Shown piece by piece: positions 47,884 to 61,373 of a stretch of 64,000 bases of DNA; within the stretch, counting starts at the first letter, position 1, and every line of letters starts with the position of its first letter. Made by a program: the position numbers and the translations under genes. Source of the stretch: Selaginella moellendorffii (Eukaryota; Plantae; Lycopodiophyta); contig NW_003314342.1 in the NCBI RefSeq assembly GCF_000143415.4, positions 457,569 to 521,568 of the forward strand, given 5' to 3'. The notes beneath the pieces were generated by a model. It had not been told where the DNA came from. It saw nothing but the letters and a program-made list of their open reading frames with translations, and did not search any database.

Positions 47884-48467
47884 TGTAAGTTTCTAAATTT
47901 GGACTTTCTGGGATGTTACCCAATAGTATTATTCAAACCCAAATATAGTTAACCTCAAATATCCTAAAACCCTTAACTAATTAGAAAAAGGGGTGCACTC
48001 TTATTTATAGGCCTTTTCCCTCTATATTTGAACCCTAACAAGTCATCTCTTGAGTTGCTCTCTTTGATTGCTTACAATCCACCATGCTTTCCTGCAAGTT
48101 CACGTGCTCATAAACAAAAGTTGAGAGTTGTAACTCTCCCAAAAGCCCCACTCTCTTGACATCCTACCCCTCGTGTCAAGCCCAGCTAAAGAAAATTGGA
48201 CCTGCTAAATGTCAATTTTAATATGTGGTGTTTCCCTAGCCAACCAATAGAGTTTGGACCCAAAACCTCTCTAATACCAAATATAAGCTCATAAATTTAA
48301 ACTTCCCGAGAGGTCATATAGCCTAGTATTATTCAAACCCAAAGATGTTTAACCCTAAATATCCCAAAACCCTTGACCGATTGAAAAAGGAGGTGTTATA
48401 GGCCCTTTCCCTCTATATTTGAACCCTAACAAATTGTCTCTCAAATTGTTCTCCTTGGTTATTTACA
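47884..48467 (-). mobile_element. Cassandra-like TRIM (5S rRNA-derived core in LTRs), TSD GTGAT
   Basis: LTRs 47884-48076 and 48282-48467; GTGAT at 47879-47883 and 48468-48472; PBS TGGTATTAGAG (minus strand, ~48269-48279); ACTTCCCGAGAGGTCA...CCTAGTATTATTC...TTAAC resembles the reverse complement of the 5S A/C-box region. Confidence 0.8.
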
Positions 48468-49221
48468 GTGATATTGTTAATTCTTTTTATTAGTCTCCAC
48501 CCAAGTTAGTTGAGAAAATAATCATCATGTATATATATATTTCATACTCAACCCAATATAAAAAACTCATATGTTGGCTTGCACTTGTTAGTGTTAAGAA
48601 CCTTTATAATATTGAGCTTGGTCCTTCAATATTCACTAGGTGATAGCTTACCGTATTTGCCAAAACACTCTCGCTATCCCTCATGTATTAGTTCTATTTG
48701 ATCCCATTGGTTATTATGGGAAGTGTCTAGGTTTGCTAATTAGCATATCTATGGAATATAGAGATTGTTTTGAATATAATAGTGTTATTCTCTCATCAAA
48801 ATTCATAGTTTAATATCATTCTATATTTAGTAAGTTTTCGTGATTGTTCTAGAGACTAACTGCTAGGACCAAGTGAAAGCCCAAAGCGTGCATTCCTCTC
48901 AGGGGGAGGGGGCAAGTTCCAAATGCATAATAGGGATAATAGGTAAGTCAGGAATGGTTGACCAACCTGAGGCATAGTTTAACTCCTTACTTAAGTGCCT
49001 ATCTTTATTATGTGTTCAACTTGGGTTTAAGCCCAAACTCTATACCATATTAGTTGGTGGAGTTCCTATATCTTTATATTATACCATTAATATGCTAAAA
49101 TAGTGCCAAACTCTATTTTATNNNNNNNNNNNNNNNNNNNNNNNNNNNNNNNNNNNNNNNNNNNNNNNNNNNNNNNNNNNNNNNNNNNNNNNNNNNNNNN
49201 NNNNNNNNNNNNNNNNNNNNN

Positions 49222-50289
49222 GTTAGAGTGGGAGTGGAACTCTCAACGAAGTGCTCAAGGAACAAGTACAAAGTAATAATAAGCAAGTCTCTAGAAAGGG
49301 ACACAAAAGGGATTGACACATGACAAATGTTAGGACCGAATCCAAATCCAAGATGGAATTTGAGAAGGAGCTTATGATAGAGTCTAAAAAGGAGTCCAAG
49401 AAAGAGGCTAAAAAAGAGTCCAAGAAGAAGTCCAAGATGAAGTTTAAAATAGAGTTTGAAAAGAAGTCAAAGATGGAGTTTGAGATGGAGTTTAAGATGG
49501 AATTTAAAAAGGAGTCTAAAATGGAGTCTGAGATAGAGTCCGAGATGGAGTCCAAGATCAATCTAAGATGGAGTCCAAGATGGGAGTTTGAGGCTAGGAT
49601 CGAGGCCGAGACTGAGACCAAGACCGAGACCGAGACTAAGACTAAGACTAAGTCCAACACCAAGTCTGAGTTCGAGTCCAAGTGCAAGTTCAAATTTAAG
49701 TTCGAGTTTGAGTCTGAGTTCAAGTCTGAGAGTGAAAGCCTAAAGCAATCATCTCCCAAACCCTAAGAGGTTTAATAAGTCCCTATGGGATAATAAGAGT
49801 GGAATTATTTTGGCCAAGAAAAGCTAATATGACCAATGAAGGTTATACCCACATGGTGAGTGATAATATAGCTATTAAGAAGTCCAAGATTAAAATGAAT
49901 ATATATTGATAAGTGAGGTAACTTAATGAAGTGTTCAAGAGGTGACTCTAGCTCCCCAAGAAGATCAAATGGTTAATATTCCCAATTTAAGTGTGGGTAG
50001 CACTATCTACTTGGATACCATATATAGCTCCTCGGGGTTGGGGCACCATAGTGGTGGAAGGTGGGGGAGTACTCATGAGGTTTATGTTAAGTTGCAATCT
50101 TTCAAAATGTTGTTTTAAAGTCCTAGACCATAGAAAGAAAGAGGAGTGGTCCTTTGGCTTGGTGACTAAGCATATGTTACATAGTGAGGAAGTCACAAAG
50201 GTTAGTGGGGTTTAATGGATGGGCATTCAAGCCTTGGATCGATGATGGTGTTGGCGAGCACTACCATGGACAAAAATGGACTCAGTAGG
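49222..50289 (+). mobile_element. Degenerate LARD-family LTR fragment, interrupted by gypsy copy B
   Basis: Collinear with 28570-29756, including a decayed 12-bp array; homology stops at GGACTCAGTAGG where the copy B LTR begins. Confidence 0.75.
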
Positions 50290-50351
50290 TGTAAAGAATT
50301 AACTCCCCGAGGTGTCGTAGGCTAAAGGATTCCCAAAAGCATGACTGAAAT

Positions 50352-51025
50352 TGTAACACACCTTATCTCTCTCCCCTTAAGCCAATTGGAAAAAGGGTAA
50401 TTGCTTGATGAGAGAGCCCTTAGTGGCTATTTTATCCCCATTTATCCCCCAAGGTTCTAAAGATCCACGGTGACAATATATCCAAATCTTATCCCATGAT
50501 CACATGCACTACACTCACCCCCCCTTCAGAGATATTAATGTCCTTATTGACTATTGACTAACAATCCCTACTAAGCCAAGGGGAATTAACACCTCCATTT
50601 CCAGACTGAATCTACCAATCCTTCCATTATGTAAACTAACTATTCCATGTGAGATACCTAGTCATCCACCCGTACCGCAGTCCCACGGTGGATACCTTCA
50701 TCCGTGGATACTCCACACAAGAGGAAGGATGTACGTATAAATGCCCAATACATACAATTTCAAATTTAGGGGTAGGAATATACCTTGCTCAAGGGTATAT
50801 TATATTTTTAAGTAGCCACTAATCAATGGGAATCGAACCCGTGCCATTTCCTCTGATATCAACTATAGCGCACCTTATCTCTCTCCCCTTAAGCCAACTG
50901 GAAAAGGGGCAATTGCTTGATGAGAGAGCTCTTAGTGGTTATTTTATCCCTATTTATCCCCCAAGGTTCCAAGAATCCACGGTGACAATATATCCAAATC
51001 TCATCTTATGATCACATGTGCTACA
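50352..51025 (-). mobile_element. TRIM (terminal-repeat retrotransposon in miniature), 674 bp, TSD GAAAT
   Basis: 162-bp direct repeats at 50352-50513 and 50864-51025; GAAAT at 50347-50351 and 51026-51030; PBS-like TGATATCAGAG and PPT AAGGGGGGGTGAG on the minus strand; no ORF. Confidence 0.88.
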
Positions 51026-53795
51026 GAAATGACAAAGAGTTCATCAGATGGGACCGAGTCTGAGATCGAGTTCAAGACTGACTTTGAGACCGAGTTTGAG
51101 ATAGAGTTCAGGATCGAGTCCGAGGTCGACTCAGAGACCGAATTCGAGACCGAGTTCAAGACCGAGTTCGAGATATCCGAGATCGGGTCTGAGACCGAGT
51201 CTGAGGTCGAGTCCGAAGTCGAGTATGAGATCGGGTCTGAGATCGAGTCCAAGATCAAGTCTGAATTTGGGTCTGAGATTGAGTCTGTGACCGAGTCCAA
51301 GTACTAATACAGGTCAAGGGGTGAAAGCCCAAAGCGTGTGTCTCCCAAGGGGGGGGGGGGCTGCAGAGGGTTCCAAAAGTATAGTAGGGATAGGGAGGTC
51401 CAGGAACCAGTCTTGAAGGAACTCTTCAGTGGTGCTTCCAAACTGACTTGAGGTTGAAACTGGGGCCGAGGGGCCTTGGGTGGGAGTGGGCATGGACTCG
51501 GGTGGTGTTGGAGGGGCCACCCAAGGAAGTGCTCAAGAGTAGCTCCCACTCCTGAAAGGGAAACCGACTGCGGTGCTCCTGACTCATATGGAGTGGTGCC
51601 CCACTTGAGTACCTTATGGCTCATTAGTCCTTGCCCTTCCTAGGGGCTTGGGCCTCCCATTCGGGATGGAAGTGGGGGGGTAGAGGTACCCATACCGCAT
51701 CGTTAGGCCACAATGTTTAGCCCTGGTGTCCCAAACCAAGTGTTGTACCCAAGGCTTGGGATTTATAGGGTCCCATGATCAAGTTTTGTTGTACCAAGGG
51801 ATGTTAGGAACCTGGAGGCTTGGTGTGCTTGGCTGCTTGTGCCTGCGGGGAGTGTAGCCGAACCTTGAGTCCAGTCTAACCCGGGGAGGGGGATTGGGAG
51901 AGATTTGGGAATCTATGGATGGATGGCTAATGCTTCGTTGCTCGTGCAATGAGTAGCTGAAACCAAGTGAGACTAAATAGGAGCTGATACAATAGGTGGG
52001 AACTTTGGCAAGGGAACTTAGCAAAAAGCCAAAGCAGTGTTGGTCGGATAGATGAGGTAAACTGGCAAATTGGAAAGGAAAAATCTGTGGCTTACAATTT
52101 AGTATCAGAGCCTTTTCCTCAGTTCTAGCAAAGGATAGAGGCCGATTGTTGGGAGATGGCAAAGGCCGGGCGGAAATGAACCAAGGCGGAGACGGAACCT
52201 CCTCTAGAACTGGAGCCTCCAGTCGAACAATAGGCTATAGATGAGGAATCCTTGCATGAGGAGGACTCTAGTGAGGAAACTTCCAAACAGGAGTCCGGTG
52301 GTGAGGTTCGGTTGTTCAAGGCTCGATTGGATGTTCTAGAAGGACAACTGGCACAAACCAATGCCCTATTGGAGACTCTCATACGCAAGCTAAAGCGTGA
52401 TGAGAAGTAGAAGAAAAAGCAAAAGACTGCAGATGCTGGCAGTGTAAAAGGTGCGGACCCTTCGGCAAGGATTGAGGTAGAACCAAACAAGGTTGAACAG
52501 ACTTAAGTGGAATTAGTCCCTCAAACAGTTCCTAAGTACAAACCAAAGCCCCCACCGGTCTTTAATAGAGTGAATAACTATAAGGTGGTGGAGGATTGGT
52601 TTTATGATATGGAGGACTACTTTCGAGCGTTGCGATTACCGAGCTCGGAGAAGGTCCTATGTGCAAAACCATACTTGGTAGATAATGCGAAGTCTTAGTG
52701 GAGAACGACAGAGGCCAACGAAGGACAGGTGGCCATTTGAAAAATGATGAAGGTGAGGATCCACGCGACTTACGTTCCTCCGAATGCTACTCTGCATTTA
52801 AGAGACGAGCTGAGTAGGCTGAAGCAGACTGGAACCATTCAGGAGTATATGAATGGGTTTATGGCAAAGAGGATACTTATCACGGACATGGGGGATATGG
52901 ATGCATTTCATGCTTTCATATTAGGCTTGCAAACCTAGGCTCGCGGTGAGGTGATGCATTGTAACCCGACCAACTACAAGGAAGCATTGGATGCGGCTAT
53001 CAAAGTGCATTTCAACGATAATCTGCAAAAGGGGAACACAACGAGGTCGGGGCCCACGTTTAGCAAAGGGGCTAAACCAAGGGGAACGTATAGAAAGGGA
53101 AATTCAAGAAGAGTTTTTCTAAGAATGAGTCTTTGGGATTCCGAAAAGGCAAATCCGGTGGCTAGCAAATAAGTACGTAGGGGAGTCAAACAAAAAGAGA
53201 CAAACCCATGGATAAGAAGGTCAAGTCATTTAGCAGCGTGGGAATAACATATGCTACAACTGCAGTGAAGTAGGACACTTTTCGAGGGAATGTCCCTACC
53301 CAAAGAAGGCCAAGGCCAATATGGCTATTAAGTCGAGTGAAATCCAAATTGAGGTATGTGATCTAATCCTTAGCTCAAAGTTACTCATTACACGAGCAAC
53401 TTTGATAGAGAGTCGTTCGCAACATCTACTAGTCTTCTGAGGGAAGCTCAAAGGTAGCTTTGTTAAGATCCTTATTGACACGGGTGCTTCGGATAATTTT
53501 GTAGCTGCAGACATAGTCTGGCAAGCCAGACTAATAGTGCAGTGGCTGAGTGAACCAAGGATTATAGAGTTTGTTCAAGGTAGCCAAAGCATCGATGAGG
53601 TACTTCGACAAGTGAGAGTCGAAGTAGGGTCATGGAAAGTAGACATGGATTTCACCATGTTAGACATAGCAAGATTTGACATGATTTACGGGATGGATTG
53701 GTTCAATCGGTTTGTGGTAGCCCTGCATGGACAAAGTAGGAACTTTGTGGTACTAGCGAATGCCCAAGGAAGAAGATCCAGGGTGGAGGCCCAGG

Positions 53796-54912
53796 TGTAA
53801 GAGACTAAATTTTCCATTCTACTTTAGTCACTTAACCACACCTCCGACCACTTGGAGGAGTCTCAATCACAACCTCCATAAGTCCATTTCAGGACTTGGG
53901 ACTTGCTAGCCCCGAGAATGGCATCCATGCCACTCAACATTTGCACTTGGTCCAAGTGCTCCACGTGTTCGATCCCATGACCGACACTCAAAAGTACCAC
54001 TGACATGGCAGCCTGTTACACTAAGGCCATGCCCAATCACCTTTGCTACACTAGTAGTCCAATACCACTTGTATCACAGTCTTGGCTCTCCAAGACTAGG
54101 CAAACCATCCATGAGTGGTCATTTCAGATCCACTCCTTAGCATCCTTAAGATGCCCACCGATAAGAGGAATAGTCTTCCCCAATATCCCTCTGTTAGTCC
54201 CCACTAAGTCCCTTTCTGCCCCTGGCCGTGTTTGCTAACACTGCCACTGGATCGAGGCCCACAAGCCCAACCACTAAGTCCCACGGTCCTCTGGGACTTC
54301 CTCACCACATGACTGTGTCCTTGGTCACTACCCCAAAGGACTGCTCCTCTTCCTTTCCACAGTCTGGGCCTTTGGGACAACATTTCGGAACACCGTGGCC
54401 TTATGCGAGCCACCTGGGTACTCTCCCCGCCTTCTACCCTTGAGTGCTCTAGCCATGGGCTTAGAGCGAGGTTCCGTTGAGCCACGCCTGGTATCCAAGT
54501 AGGTAGTGCCACCCACACTTGGACTGGGAGCATCTGTCAGTCGATCTCNNNNNNNNNNNNNNNNNNNNNNNNNNNNNNNNNNNNNNNNNNNNNNNNNNNN
54601 NNNNNNNNNNNNNNNNNNNNNNNNNNNNNNNNNNNNNNNNNNNNNNNNGTGTTCACTCTAGTCTTGGACTTCCCAGTGGTCAGCTCATCACCCAACACTG
54701 GATCTGGCCTTCTTGGGCCAAACTGGCCTTTCCTGGCCAAACTGGCTCCACTGGGCTCCACTGGGCTCCAACCCCCACACTCTCCCTACTATACTTTTGG
54801 AACCCCCCGCAGCCCCCCCCCCCCCCCCCCCCTGGGGGAAGATCCCTTTGGGCTTTCCCCCAACTGCCTGTATTAGTATTCGGACTCGGACTCGGACTCG
54901 GACTTGGTCTCA

Positions 54913-54986
<74 letters not shown>

Positions 54987-57900
54987 TCCCTCTCGGACTC
55001 CATCTCGGGTCCATCTCGGACTCCATCTCAGGTCCATCTCGGACTCCATCTCAGGTCCATCTCGAACTCCATCTCGGACTCCATCTCGGGTCCATCTCGA
55101 ACTCCATCTCGGGTCCATCTCGGACTCCACCTCGGACTCCATATCGGACTCCATATTGGACTCCACTTCGGGTCCATCTTGGACTCCATCTCGGACTCCA
55201 TATCGGACTCCACTTCGGGTCCATCTCGGACTCCATATCGGACTCCATCTCGGACTCCACTTCGGACTCCATATCGGACTCCATATCGGACTTCACTTCG
55301 GGTCCATCTCGGACTCCACTTCGGGTCCATCTCGGACTCCACTTTGGGTCCATCTCGGACTCTAACTCGGGTTCGCCTCGACTCCATCTCGGACACTTTC
55401 GCGTGTCATGTGTTGGTCCTTTTTGGGTCCCTTTTTGGAGCCTTGCTTATTGGTTGCCTCATGCTTGCTCCTCGAGCACTTTGTTGGGAGTTCCACTCCC
55501 GCTCTCGACCTTCCAAGTCGGAGCTTTTAGTCCAAACGTGTTATGCTTGTTTGGCTTTTGCTTCGGCCACTACCACGTGGCACCCTTTCCGGCTCCACTT
55601 TGGGGCCTAGGGATTTTGTGTCTTACAACTCCACCACCCATAGACGAAGTTCAATGACCTCATCGAACGATAAACTATTTTATAAAGTAACACCCGCATA
55701 TGTTACCATTTCCATCTTTGGCACCTAGCCAATATTTGTCAATAGTTTGACATTGAAGGCTCACCATGCCTTCTCCATATTTGTCAATGGTTTGACACCA
55801 AAGGCTCATTATGCCTTGCCCATCCTCTAAAGAGCATAATCTCACTAACATAGAGACTCATTCGGCCACCTAGGGTGGTTTGCTCCCTTTTATTTGGTTC
55901 CATTCTCGCTAAACCCGTTAAAGACATCGTCTTTAACTCAATTCCACTACTCATTCTCGAGTAGTCTCAGATTCCATCGACATAACCCTTGCACTTTGGA
56001 ACGTTTACTTTTGACTTCTTGAAGTCAATTTCTTAGGTATCTCCGACACCTTGCATTGCACATATTGTGCAAGTCCACTTCCCTATCCTAGGAAGTCCTT
56101 TACTTGAGGGCACCATCATCCTCTTCTTTATTTTGTGCCACCCTTGGCACCACGTTTCAGTTATCATACTTTGTGCTAAGGCTGTTCATGGCCCTATCAT
56201 TTGGCTACCTTACCGCTCCCTCCCTTGGAGCTTCCCCTTTCGCCAAATCGGAGCAATTTGGAATCCATCCTTGGAAACACACTTCCTTTCCTGCAATTTG
56301 TTAGCGTCCAACACATTAATGTTCTTCGCCTAACTTTGCCACTTGGATTCCTTCCAAGGGATTCCACGGCTCTATCTTGGCCACTCATCTTTTGCTCCTA
56401 TCCGTTGATTGTTGCACCAAGCAACACCGAATCTCTACCTCCCTCCTTGAGGTATTCTTTTGATTCCATAACAAAGGCTCTGCTTTGCCAAAACTAGGGT
56501 GTTCACCCTTAGTAAGTCTTTTTAGCATCTTCTGCTGTGAGCTCTATCCACGGCCCAAATTTGTGACCCTCCCATGGGTCTCTTTAGAGACTACTTTCCT
56601 TGGACACACTATGCCATCGCAATGACATAGCTCATTTCCCTAAGGTGTTTTTCCCACTTGGTCACTTTGACCAAGCCACACCATCATCAATAGTTCAAAT
56701 GAACTAGGAACCTTATTCCTTAGCCCAAACAAGGACCTTGTCGTTATTTAGCCACAAGATCACCTAGTGATCTCACCTCGGCACCTTAACAGGTTTGCCA
56801 ATAGGTACTAGGTCTTCCAGACCTTTAACTTGTTAACTACGACCCCGGGGGCATCCCCCACACTTGGCGGTGTGCCCAAGCCAGCCCTTCCGGCCAAGGG
56901 TCCATAGCAACTAAGACTGGGTATCCCCATCTCATTCACCACGTCCTTGGTGCCACTTGCACCAAAGTGTTCAAGTTAGATATGCTGAGCCACACTAAGC
57001 AATTTAACCGTGCATCACGACTCCAAGGCATCCCTTGCTTGGCGGTGTGCCCAAGCCAGTCTCCACACTGAGAGTCCATGACCACCGAAAAATGAGTGTC
57101 CTCATATTCCAAACCATCACCATGCCCTAGTGAGTTGGGACTCGAACCCAAGCACTAGAGGGTCGGGACTCGAACCCAACCTCCATATATGCATCTACGG
57201 ACGGCATCACCCAGGATGCCTGGCGTGACTCCCCACGCCGGTGCACCAACTTATACTCAAAGTACACCATAGATCACAGCTTACGAACCTAGTTCCTCCA
57301 CACTGCCAAGTCCTCTCACTTGACAAGCCTGTGATCATGCATGGACTCCTCCATGCTTGGCCCCATGGCCCACCCTTTTTGAAGTTATCACCTTCAACTA
57401 GGGTATTTGTTCCCCTGACTTGCCAATCTCGCTTTGGCAAGTCCTCCGACCACTGTAACATGGTTCCTGCACAAGCGTGAAAGCCCTTGGTCATCGACTT
57501 TCGTTCAAAGCCCTCTCTTTGAACACTCGGGAACTACTTCCCTAACCTTGATAGCCTTGCCTCATGGCAAGCTTCAAGACCACACTTCTACTACGCCACT
57601 TTGATTTCGCACGTTCCTTGAACCATTTACGCTTGGCCTTTCTAGGTACTAAGCTACCTAGAATCATCTTTGGGAACCTTGAAGGAACTCTGTCCCTTAG
57701 CTTGCTAAGACCTCCCTTTTTGCAAGCTTTCCAATTACCATATAGTCTAACATGGACAATTCCATATTTTAGACTCTCCATGGCATCACGGTTGCTAGTG
57801 GCAACACTCTCGAGCCCCCACTTGATTCTCCACCCCCAGCTGGCATAACCAACCTTGGTTATGCCCTTCGATTCCTATGGTTCGGTTCTATCCCTTTACT

Positions 57901-60798
57901 TCTTGCTTTTGGCTTCACACCTTTCCTTCGGTTATTCTCCTCCAGACCAAGAGGATAGCTTTGCACTTTCTATCATGCCTTAGCAAGTATTCTTAGGGAT
58001 GAACCTACCCAATAGCCTAGGGAGTGGTTCCTCAATCCAGGTATGCTCACTTTATAATCCCACACAACGAGATTACGTTGTTGCTTACAGGCCTTTACAT
58101 GCCCATCACTAACCTTGCAAAAATTCTCTTTTTGGCTTTGTCCAATTCGAGTAGACAGTCTTCTCCTGTCTTCGCCACCTTTGGACATTTGAATAGCACC
58201 TCCTATCCATCATTCGCTAGGGACTTAGTCCCTTGGGCCTTATTTATTACCCTCGCAACATCAAACACCACCTCCTAATGTTCTAGAGGGTTTGGGTGTC
58301 CCAATGATGGCTTCCTTGACAATGAGTATTTCCTTTTATGACATTGACTTACTATATCGCAACATAAGCAATTTATCCTTCGTAAGGGTATCTCTAACTT
58401 CCTTATGCCATTAAGAAGTCTTGGGTAGCTACCTTCTACCCATTTAACCAATTATCTTGCACCTCTTGCTTAGTTGCTCTATAGTTGTCAAGTTCTACAA
58501 CTCATTGCTTGGTGCTTCCACACCTCCATCAATATCTGGGTCACCACACTCCAACCGCATGCCTTCCAGCTTAGGCCATGCCATTCTCGCTTCCGTTGGG
58601 ATTCCTTTGGCAAGGGGTTCTCATGAACCCACCAACATAGCCTCAAGGTATCACACCTTGGCACATTTGGTGTCTCCACACCATCGGCTTCACGAGCTTA
58701 CCTCTATGACACTTCTTCTTTGTGTCTAAGTCTTTGCCAAGACCAATACCGCTCTTTCTCATGCCAACCATCTATTAGCATTGCACCATAAAGGTCACAC
58801 ACAACTTTGTGTCAAAGTTGTTTTCTTTTTGGGAACACCTTTCTCACGACTTTAGCATGGCACATTTTGCCATCGATGAGATACCCTCTGTTCTCATCCT
58901 TGGATCCTATGATCCCCCCCCCCATCCTTTGTGGGGTACCACACACCTCAGTCCAAATGCTTCCATCAGTCCTTTTAGGACCATTCCTTGACTCTACTTG
59001 AGTCATCCAGCAGTTCTGGACTTGGTTAATCCACAGACCCGTAAGGTCCCACTTGTGAGGCACTAGCTCACTAGAATACACTTCCTGCATTCCTGTCCTA
59101 CTCAGAAGGACTATTTTCACAAGTGTTACTCTGACACTTGTTTTTGTTCTCTGGGGCAACCTTTGCCCCTTAAGACTACTTGTCCATGTGATGAGAATAC
59201 CAACTCATCTTTAAGTACACCCCCCAACTCCTTGGGTTGTTCCAGCATTTATTAAAGGTAGCCCCGGCTACCATTTCAAGGACTTGAGTCCTCTTTCGTA
59301 TTTGACCTCCCACGGTCATTACTTCTGGTCTCACATTCATGAGCACCAACCTCAACTATATGAGGATAATCTTGTGACTCCCTTATTGCTTTGGAGTCTT
59401 TATCTTTCCTGTGATCCCAACTTTAGTTGTTTACCACAACTACATTGGCCATTTACTGAGTCAAACACTCATCTGGATCACATCCTCAACTCTCTGAGGA
59501 AAATTGTATACTGTTTCCAAGATCCCAAAGTCGTTCCTTTACTGGCCCCTTTTCTATCCACCACATCGCGCCCAAGTCATGCATGAACTTGAGTGGAGAG
59601 CCATGTCCTCTCGGCATGCTACTCCTCAAGGATAAGCCCACTCCTAGGACCTTCCAATGCCAATATCAATGGTGATATACTTAAGCACCAATAAAAGTTG
59701 GACTAAGGAACAGTTCTGATACCAAATTGTAAGCGACTAAATTTTCCATTCTACTTTAGTCACTTAACCACACCTCCGACCACTTGGAGGAGTCTCAATC
59801 ACAACCTCCATAAGTCCATTTCAGGACTTGGGACTTGCTAGCCCCGAGAATGGCATCCATGCCACTCAACATTTGCACTTGGTCCAAGTGCTCCACGTGT
59901 TCGATCCCATGACCGACACTCAAAAGTACCACTGACATGGCAGCCTGTTACACTAAGGCCATGCCCAATCACCTTTGCTACACTAGTAGTCCAATACCAC
60001 TTGTATCACAGTCTTGGCTCTCCAAGACTAGGCAAACCATCCATGAGTGGTCATTTCAGATCCACTCCTTAGCATCCTTAGGATGCCCACCGATAAGGGG
60101 AATAGCCTTCCCCAATATCCCTCTGTTAGTCCCCACTAAGTCCCTTTCTGCCCCTGGCCGTGTTTGCCAACACTGCCACTGGATCGAGGCCCACAGGCCC
60201 AACCACTAAGTCCCACGGTCCTCTGGGACTTCCTCACCACATGACTGTGTCCTTGGTCACTACCCCAGAGGACTGCTCCTCTTCCTTTCCACAGTCTGGG
60301 CCTTTGGGACAACATTTCGGAACACCGTGGCCTTATGCGAGCCACCTGGGTACTCTCCCCGCCTTCCGCCCTTGGGTGCTCTAGCCATGGGCTTAGAGCG
60401 AGGTTCCATTGAGCCACGCCTGGTATCCAAGTAGGTAGTGCCACCCACACTTGGACTGGGAGCATCGGCCAGTCGATCTCCCGGGGGAACTAAAGCCGGC
60501 TCTTGAACACTTCACCAAGCTACCCCACTTGTCGGTCCGTGTTCACTCTAGTCTTGGACTTCCCAGTGGTCAGCTCATCACCCAACACTAGGTCTAGCCT
60601 TCCTGGGCCAAACTGGCCTTTCCTGGCCAAACTGGCTCCACTGGGCTCCAACCCCCACACTCTCCCTACTATACTTTTGGAACCCCCTGGAGCCCCCCCC
60701 CCCCCCCCCCCCTGGGGGACGATCGCTTTGGGCTTTCACCCAACTGCCTGTATTAGTATTCGGACTCGGTCTCGGTCCCGGATTTGGACTCGGACTCA

Positions 60799-60837
<39 letters not shown>

Positions 60838-61373
60838 CTGGTCTCGGTTCCCTCTCGGACTCCATCTCGGGTCCATCTCGGACTCCATTTTGGGTCCATC
60901 TTGAACTCCATCTTGGGTCCATCTCGGACTCCATATCGGACTCCACTTCGGGTCCATCTTGGACTCCATCTCGGACTCCATATCGGACTCCACTTCGGGT
61001 TCATCTCGGACTCCATATCGGACTCTATCTCGGACTCCACTTCGGACTCCATATCGGACTCCACTTCGGGTCCATCTCGGACTCCACTTCGGGTCTATCT
61101 CGGACTCTAACTCGGGTCCGCCTCAGACTCCATCTCAGACACTTCCGCGTGTTATGTGTTGGTTCTTTTTGGGTCCCTTTTTGGAGCCTTGCTTATTGGT
61201 TGCCTCGTGCTTGCTCCTCGAGCACTTTGTTGGGAGTTCCAGTCCCGCTCTCGACCTTCCAAGTCAGAGCTTTTAGTCCAAACGTGTTATGCTTGTTTGG
61301 CTTTTGCTTCGGCCACTACCACGTGGCACCCTTTTCGGCTCTACTTTGGGGCCTAGGGATTTTGTGTCTTACA
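53796..61373 (-). mobile_element. Young full-length LARD-like non-autonomous LTR element inserted between protease and RT of gypsy B, TSD CCAGG
   Basis: Near-identical LTRs 53796-55627 and 59728-61373 with TGTAAG...CTTACA termini; CCAGG at 53791-53795 and 61374-61378; PBS TGGTATCAGAAC (minus, 59713-59724); PPT GGGTGGTGGAGT (55628-55639); 4.1-kb interior with no long ORF or recognisable gag/pol motif. Confidence 0.92.

Noticed and set aside
47879-48472. Same TSD (GTGAT) for the Cassandra-like element and gypsy A as evidence of target specificity
   Set aside because: The other LTR-element TSDs here (AGATG, GAAAT, CCAGG) differ; two matches are compatible with chance.
54519-55657. Long ORFs (363 and 314 aa, and similar ones at 28.5-29.4, 44.1, 47.2, 49.3, 51.0 and 60.5-61.4 kb) with SISD/GLHL/RTPS/ETET repeats
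   Set aside because: They arise from the stop-poor 6/12-bp LTR minisatellite, are open in several frames on both strands, and one spans an N gap.
55628-59727. Short ORFs in the LARD interior as gag, env or accessory genes
   Set aside because: None exceeds ~115 aa, none has a recognisable retroelement motif, and they are not kept open in the older copy at 44.4-46.8 kb.
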